From: Candidatus Multivoradales bacterium
GTDB lineage: Bacteria > Acidobacteriota > Thermoanaerobaculia > Multivoradales > Multivoraceae
DNA length: 64,000 nucleotides
NCBI GenBank assembly: GCA_965223325.1
Contig: CBDCWI010000002.1
Span: 2,208,001-2,272,000 of the forward strand
Reading direction: 5' to 3'
This document shows, one piece after another, positions 58,927 to 64,000 of this stretch. Both the position numbers and the translations under genes were made by a program. The notes under the pieces are model-generated. The model saw nothing but the letters and a program-made list of their open reading frames with translations, had not been told where the DNA came from and did not search any database. Within the stretch, counting starts at the first letter, position 1; the number at the start of each line of letters is the position of its first letter.

Positions 58927-59658
58927 CTACAGCTTGCAGTCTAGAGGGGAGCTGCCCACCTCGCACCAGAGCATCCAGGTCCGTCGCGCGCGGTTGAAGG
59001 AGTACCGACTGAGCCGTTCCAGCCACAGGTCGTGGCGTGAGGCGAGTCTCTTCATCACCTCCGCGTCATGACGTTGTATGCGCTGGAAGTCGTAGCGAGT
59101 GGACGCGAGCTGGCGCCCCTGAGACAAAACCTCGGTGACGGTCGCGGGGTGGGCAAAGAGCGCTCCCAACACATCGAGATAGCGGTTGGGATGCGGCACC
59201 TCGGCGATCATCACCCCCAGTGACTGGCGCGAAAGAAGCCTACAGAGGCCCCCCACCGTCCGGTCGAGCTCCTCTTCACTCATGTATTGGACGACGCCAT
59301 GCATCACAACGAGATCAATCGAACCTTCTCCCAGTTCCTCGACCGAAGCCACCGAACGCACCTTGAACAGACCGTTGGCGCATTCCTTCACGACTTCGGC
59401 AATCGACTCGGCGAAAACCGGAGACGGGTCGTAGAGCACCCGCTCGGAACAGGGCAAGAGGTCGAGGAAGCACCCATTTCCGCAGCCGAAGTCGAGCACC
59501 CGGCAGGAGTCCAGGCTCCCGAAGGTGGCCGAGAGGGTTCGCTTGAAGTTGCGTCTGGTCAGGCTCTGGATGCGACCCTGCACCATGATGCCGTGTGCGG
59601 TCGTCTCATCAGCCCAGAGCTTTCGCCAGTACGACAAGTCACTTAGCCCCTTTGCCAC
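58927..59658 (-). CDS. Class I SAM-dependent methyltransferase
   Basis: VLDFGCGNG and IDLVVMHGVVQY motifs; GGAGG RBS before GTG 59658, which overlaps the upstream gene end. Confidence 0.75.
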   Translation of the reverse strand: MAKGLSDLSYWRKLWADETTAHGIMVQGRIQSLTRRNFKRTLSATFGSLDSCRVLDFGCGNGCFLDLLPCSERVLYDPSPVFAESIAEVVKECANGLFKVRSVASVEELGEGSIDLVVMHGVVQYMSEEELDRTVGGLCRLLSRQSLGVMIAEVPHPNRYLDVLGALFAHPATVTEVLSQGRQLASTRYDFQRIQRHDAEVMKRLASRHDLWLERLSRYSFNRARRTWMLWCEVGSSPLDCKL

Positions 59659-61093
59659 GCATGAACCTCCCATGCGTTGGATTGGCTTCCAACCGCTCCA
59701 GAGCCGAAGGCCCCTCGAGAAGGTCGCCTCCCCAACCCTCGGGATGGACCTCGATCTGCGCATGCTCGAGGACACCGAGCTCGGCTGCCATGTCCGGCAT
59801 CACCCGGACCTCTGTCACAATCGCCTCGCGACCGCCCTGCCGGTACATGGGTGCAGCTACTGACATCGCCAGACTGAGCAGGAGCAAAATCACTCCGTAG
59901 GCTTTCAGAGCCACGCCCGGCAACTTCCAACGGCTTGAAGGCAGGGCGCTGCGCTCCAGGTAGAGCACGACGGGCAGGATCGCTGCATGAAGCGCAATGA
60001 AGCCGCGCCAGCTCGTCATTCCGGAGGCACCGACGCTGTTGTCGATGGCCGGACTGGCAGCGATCACCATCATCAGCGCAACGAACACGAGTCCGGAGTA
60101 CCCGAGCAGCCAGTGCGCAAGACCGCTGGATCTCTCACCGAGAAGCCGCTTCGTACTCGCGACGTTTGCCAGTACGACCACAAGCAGCGTGATCGCTGCA
60201 CAGAGCGGAAAGAGAACCGAGAACGCCGGCGCCAGGATGGCGTCCCACCACTCCCCCAGTACCGGCGTGAAGTCAAGCGTGGTCATCCGACTGGTGTAGG
60301 CCGCGGAAGGGAACCGCAGCCAGTAGAGAGCGACTTCCAGAACCGGTTCCACCTGAAGCAGGCCGCCACCAAGCATGCCCTCACTGAGCGGCCGAATTTG
60401 TGGATACTCAAGAGCCGCTTGCACCCAGTCCCAGAGCGATAGGGCTAGAAGCAACCCGCCTGCGATCACGCCGCCCCAGTGCACACGGATGAGACGGCGA
60501 AGCAGGAGCAGAGCCGACGCCACGACGAGAACCAGGAAGGAGGCGTGAAGGTGAAACGCCGCACCGATCGCCAGCACATGCCAAAGAGTCGCCCAGAACC
60601 TTCCTCGCTCGCGAAGAGCTGCCGCGGTCGCGAGGTGCACGGATGCAGGGAGGAACAGGAGGTTGGGGTTCCAGATGTGCGCGGAGTGAAAGAGGCGCCA
60701 GGGGTTGAGCCAGTAGAGAACGCACAAGGCCAACCGTCCCTTCGGGCTGAGCACGGGCTGCAGGGACCGGTCCAGCAGGAGGTACGCCAGGAGATGGAGC
60801 ACGACCGTGAAACCGCCAATGGCGCGATAGTCCTGCCACACAAACAGTGGCAGTCCCATCGCAAGCGACGTCAGAGAACCGGGTTGATAGCCGCCGGCGG
60901 CCGTCAGGGCCCCGAACGGAACGAGGAAGCCCTCCTTCGCCAGGAGCCAGCCATGAATCGTCAGCCTGAAGGCATCCCCTTCGAACTGAGCGCGCAGAAC
61001 CATGAGAAGGGAAACGCCCAAGCCAAAGCCAAGAAACAGCCGGCGCCAGACTCCGAAGGATTGAACGGCTTCATGTTCTTCAGGCCTGGTCAT
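59639..61093 (-). CDS. Polytopic membrane protein, probable GT-C (ArnT/PMT-like) glycosyltransferase
   Basis: About 11 TM segments, acidic FEGD in the first loop, YWLNPW..F....WNP and FHLHAS; ATGA overlap with the deacetylase gene. Confidence 0.6.
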   Translation of the reverse strand: MTRPEEHEAVQSFGVWRRLFLGFGLGVSLLMVLRAQFEGDAFRLTIHGWLLAKEGFLVPFGALTAAGGYQPGSLTSLAMGLPLFVWQDYRAIGGFTVVLHLLAYLLLDRSLQPVLSPKGRLALCVLYWLNPWRLFHSAHIWNPNLLFLPASVHLATAAALRERGRFWATLWHVLAIGAAFHLHASFLVLVVASALLLLRRLIRVHWGGVIAGGLLLALSLWDWVQAALEYPQIRPLSEGMLGGGLLQVEPVLEVALYWLRFPSAAYTSRMTTLDFTPVLGEWWDAILAPAFSVLFPLCAAITLLVVVLANVASTKRLLGERSSGLAHWLLGYSGLVFVALMMVIAASPAIDNSVGASGMTSWRGFIALHAAILPVVLYLERSALPSSRWKLPGVALKAYGVILLLLSLAMSVAAPMYRQGGREAIVTEVRVMPDMAAELGVLEHAQIEVHPEGWGGDLLEGPSALERLEANPTHGRFMRGKGAK

Positions 61094-61866
61094 GCCGCCT
61101 CCGGTCCGTTCAGGAGGTGACCTCCGTCGGAAGCGCCGAGGTCCATGAGGGCGCGGTACTCCACAACTCTCTGGAACCGGAGAGAGTCGGGAAACCGGGT
61201 CGCGTGCAGGTCGTCGAAGGCCGCGGGATGGGTGATGACTTCGGTGTCGGTGCGGCGGTTCAACAACCATCGCAACCGGGACTTGCAGAGGTAATCCCCG
61301 GGAAGTGGGTAGAGACATGGCAGATGACTGAGCGACAAGGAGCGAGCCGTGCGCTTCGCTGCGAGCGCCAACAGGAAGACCGGAAAGCGGCGCGATCCTA
61401 AGAGCCTCGGATCGAGCGGGAGGCGAACCTGTTTCAGACCGTAGTGCTCGAGCAGCGGTGCAATCGCTCGCAAGACTCCGGGAACGAGGTGGACATGGTG
61501 ATGGCTGTCGAGGTAGCGAGGTTCGACACCCAGAGACGCGAGGCGTCGCATCTGGGACGTGAATTCAGAGCGCAAGATCTCCGGACCGTGTTCCTGGTTC
61601 AGGAGCCACCGCCCTGCGAAACCCCCGCCGCCCGAGTGGCGAAGCAGTCGACGATGTCGGTGCTCAAACCAACCATGGGTGAGATTCCAATGCAGTCCCA
61701 CGATAACGTCGAGGGTCAGGAGCTCGTCAAGCAGGTAGTCACAGAACGGCGACCTCGCCATCAGTGAAATCCGTCGCACGACTCCACGTCTGGCGAGTTC
61801 CAGGATTCCCTGGTTGATTCCAGGGGTCAGGCCCCAATCGTCTGCGGTGATCAGTGCCCGAGACAA
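61090..61866 (-). CDS. ChbG/HpnK (YdjC) family carbohydrate deacetylase
   Basis: ITADDWG, VGLHWNLT, YLDSHHHVH and EVITHPA motifs. Confidence 0.88.
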   Translation of the reverse strand: MSRALITADDWGLTPGINQGILELARRGVVRRISLMARSPFCDYLLDELLTLDVIVGLHWNLTHGWFEHRHRRLLRHSGGGGFAGRWLLNQEHGPEILRSEFTSQMRRLASLGVEPRYLDSHHHVHLVPGVLRAIAPLLEHYGLKQVRLPLDPRLLGSRRFPVFLLALAAKRTARSLSLSHLPCLYPLPGDYLCKSRLRWLLNRRTDTEVITHPAAFDDLHATRFPDSLRFQRVVEYRALMDLGASDGGHLLNGPEAA

Positions 61867-61876
61867 AGACGCGTCC

Positions 61877-62740
61877 TCATGGTTCCTCGGCTTTCGGTAT
61901 ACCGGAGGGGAGCAACACGACTCGGTTTCGCCGGTAGAAACCCGCCTGGTGCCGGAGCACGATCAGTGGCAACCACGACGCCACGTGGAACAACTCCCGC
62001 GTGATGGAAACCGTGCTCGGGGCATCGGACTTGCGCAACCTTACGGGGATCTCCACCACCGAAGATCCGTTCGCACTCGCGTAGAGCAGCAGTTCGAGAT
62101 CGAAGAGGAACCCCGGGCAACACAGAGACCCAAAGGCGGCTCTCGCAAACGAGCGGGTCATCGCCTTGAGCCCGGCCTGCGAGTCGCAGGTGGTGATGGG
62201 CAACACCCTCTGCACGAGTGCATTGAAGGCCATCCCCAGACGTTCACGATTCACCAATCCCACGGGTGGGTCCTGCCGGTCGCAGTCCTCGAGCCGACAG
62301 GTAGCATCCCTTCGATTCGCGCAGACCAGATCGGCCCCCGTTTCCGTCAAACGAATCGCACGCTCGAGCGCGGCATCGCCAAACGGCAGGTCGGCATCCG
62401 TAAAGGCGATGGTTCGCCCACGAGCCATGGAAACTCCCGCCGACAGTGCACGACCCTTGCCGGGTGGTCCACTGAGATCGACCATCCCGACCACTGGGTA
62501 GCACTCAGCCAACCGGGTGGCGACCCTGTGGGTTTCGCGACTCCCATATCGCGAGCGATTGCAGAGAACGAGCACCTCGAAAGACCTTCCGCTGCGCGCG
62601 AACCGGGACACGACCGCTTCACAAGTCGCCTCGAGCACCGACGCCGCATTGCGCGCCGGGATCAAGATCGAGAGATCGAGGAGGGCGTCGGCTCGAGGCG
62701 CCTCGAACAACTCGTGGACGTCGTTACTGAGAGCGCTCAT
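61877..62740 (-). CDS. GT2 glycosyltransferase (polyprenol-phosphate glycosyltransferase-like)
   Basis: LSILIPARN, GKGRAL..G, FTDADL, DSQAGLK and FLFDLELL motifs. Confidence 0.88.
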   Translation of the reverse strand: MSALSNDVHELFEAPRADALLDLSILIPARNAASVLEATCEAVVSRFARSGRSFEVLVLCNRSRYGSRETHRVATRLAECYPVVGMVDLSGPPGKGRALSAGVSMARGRTIAFTDADLPFGDAALERAIRLTETGADLVCANRRDATCRLEDCDRQDPPVGLVNRERLGMAFNALVQRVLPITTCDSQAGLKAMTRSFARAAFGSLCCPGFLFDLELLLYASANGSSVVEIPVRLRKSDAPSTVSITRELFHVASWLPLIVLRHQAGFYRRNRVVLLPSGIPKAEEP

Positions 62741-62957
62741 GTCTCAGAAGGATGCAGAGACCCGGAGAATCCTTCCGCGCCCCCGAAGGATGCGCCAGGA
62801 ACCGGCATCCAAGTGACCAGCACCCACGCTCCACTACGCTCGTCGCCGGCGACAACCGGTGGCGCGTATCCGGCTCGAGGGACACGCTCTGGCGACGAGC
62901 TTCGCTCTCGTGACCGGGCCAGTTCTCGATGCCGCGGTCAGCGCTGCGGCTCCGCGG

Positions 62958-62977
62958 CTGGTGACTCGAGTCACCAG
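62958..62977. repeat. Perfect 20-bp palindrome in an intergenic region
   Basis: CTGGTGACTCGAGTCACCAG equals its own reverse complement. Confidence 0.8.
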
Positions 62978-63393
62978 GCTCTACTGCGCTGTCGCGAAGT
63001 CGCTATGCGAGACCATCCGGGCGCGGTGGCAGCACCCGGCTACGCGATCCTCTTCGGCTGGCAACTCAGGCTTCTGCCCGTTCCTGGAAGAGGTCGACGA
63101 CCAGGTCGTGCCACAACCAACCGACGCCAGCCTCGCCGGCGCAGATTCGAGCCGGGTCGCATGCGAGCATTGAAAGCCGCCGCACACGATCGCAGTCTCC
63201 AGCGCAACGACATCGCGAATGCCGAACGAACGAGGCATCCGCGACGGACCGCTTGCTCCCGCCCCTCCGGGGGGAGGGGGAAAAGGCGCGGCGACTAGAG
63301 GCGTTGGTTGCGACCTCGCGTTAGCACGAGGTCGCACCAACACCGAAAACGGTACCCAAAACGAAGCGCGCTACAAACGCGCCCAGAACGCCT

Positions 63394-64000
63394 CTAGTTG
63401 ACGTTCCAGTTGAAGCTGTACTTCAACCGCGTGTACCAGAACGCACCGTTGAAACCGAACGGCGAGAACTGACTGTACAGATTGCCAACACCAGAGCGGG
63501 CACCCTGGTTCTCATCGGGCGTCTCGTCGAAGATGTTCTGGCCGCCAATGATGATGCCCAGGTCCTCGGTGATGTTGTAGCCGAGTTCGAGATCGAAGAG
63601 GGTCTTGCCGCTGTAGACGGCGCCATCTTCGGAGTCGAACCAGGAGTCGTAGTAGCTCGACCGTGCCAGGAGGCGCAGCCGGTTTTCCATGAAGCGGTGG
63701 TTGTAGGTGAGGCTCGCCCGGTTCTCGGGAAGCGCTTCCTGCAGCTCACGGATACGAGTGGCGTCGAGGGTGGCCGGGTTGAACTTCGTCACGTCCGTGT
63801 TCGTGTGGTTGAACAGGAGGGCAAAGTCACCGTTGCCGCCGATGGCAGCCGGTGCCCAGGTCGCGACGATGTCGATACCGCTGGTCTCGGTGTCGAAATC
63901 GTTGGCGAAGAAGCGGAAGTTCTGCAGGTTACCGGCGCTGGTGATGCCCTCGGCAATCAAGGAATCCACCTCAGCGGGAGACAAGGAGAACAGCTGCGTC
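63394..64000 (-). CDS. TonB-dependent receptor, C-terminal part; begins beyond the window end
   Basis: DTETSGIDIVATW, LFDLELGYNITE.L.IIIGGQNIFDETP and SPFGFNGAFWYTRLKYSF, typical terminal barrel strands. Confidence 0.85.
   Translation of the reverse strand, partial: TQLFSLSPAEVDSLIAEGITSAGNLQNFRFFANDFDTETSGIDIVATWAPAAIGGNGDFALLFNHTNTDVTKFNPATLDATRIRELQEALPENRASLTYNHRFMENRLRLLARSSYYDSWFDSEDGAVYSGKTLFDLELGYNITEDLGIIIGGQNIFDETPDENQGARSGVGNLYSQFSPFGFNGAFWYTRLKYSFNWNVN

Noticed and set aside
61814-63298. 494-aa plus-strand ORF
   Set aside because: Antisense to the GT2 gene, Arg/Pro-rich low-information translation, no motifs.

Overview
GC-rich bacterial DNA, most likely Acidobacteriota. Class Thermoanaerobaculia is inferred from the PadR-ADOP permease pair and a recurring 'FWFFSxDNxE...KVLxGC' C-terminal domain. 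The window is gene-dense. It holds a menaquinone/prenyl operon headed by a GbsR-type regulator, a TRAP transporter, an M48 peptidase, a Ser/Thr kinase-PEGA / TPR-NHL / PEGA-PDZ cluster, ThiO, a ferredoxin, cbpA-clpB, a GST, DUF1015, a secreted vanadium haloperoxidase-like protein, PadR-ADOP plus a HlyD/ABC ATPase set, korAB, a PP2C phosphatase, an SLT transglycosylase, XerD, a P1B-4 ATPase, an orphan ParA, an M28 peptidase, a GT2/YdjC/GT-C/methyltransferase surface-modification operon and the end of a TonB-dependent receptor. The best candidate for an uncharacterised system is a six-gene operon at 49601-56787 behind an ECF-sigma-like promoter. It encodes PspA/IM30 (ESCRT-III-like), a membrane-anchored substrate-binding protein fused to an OmpA peptidoglycan-binding domain, an ABC permease, an ABC ATPase, a 2-TM coiled-coil protein and a classical-clade AAA+ ATPase. 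Other notable signals are the shared C-terminal domain on two unrelated secreted proteins, a V8-type pseudoprotease lacking its catalytic triad, a CTAG-flanked MITE-like element at the clpB stop codon, and three ECF-type promoters. No rRNA, tRNA or CRISPR array was seen. All family calls come from motifs read by eye, not from database searches.
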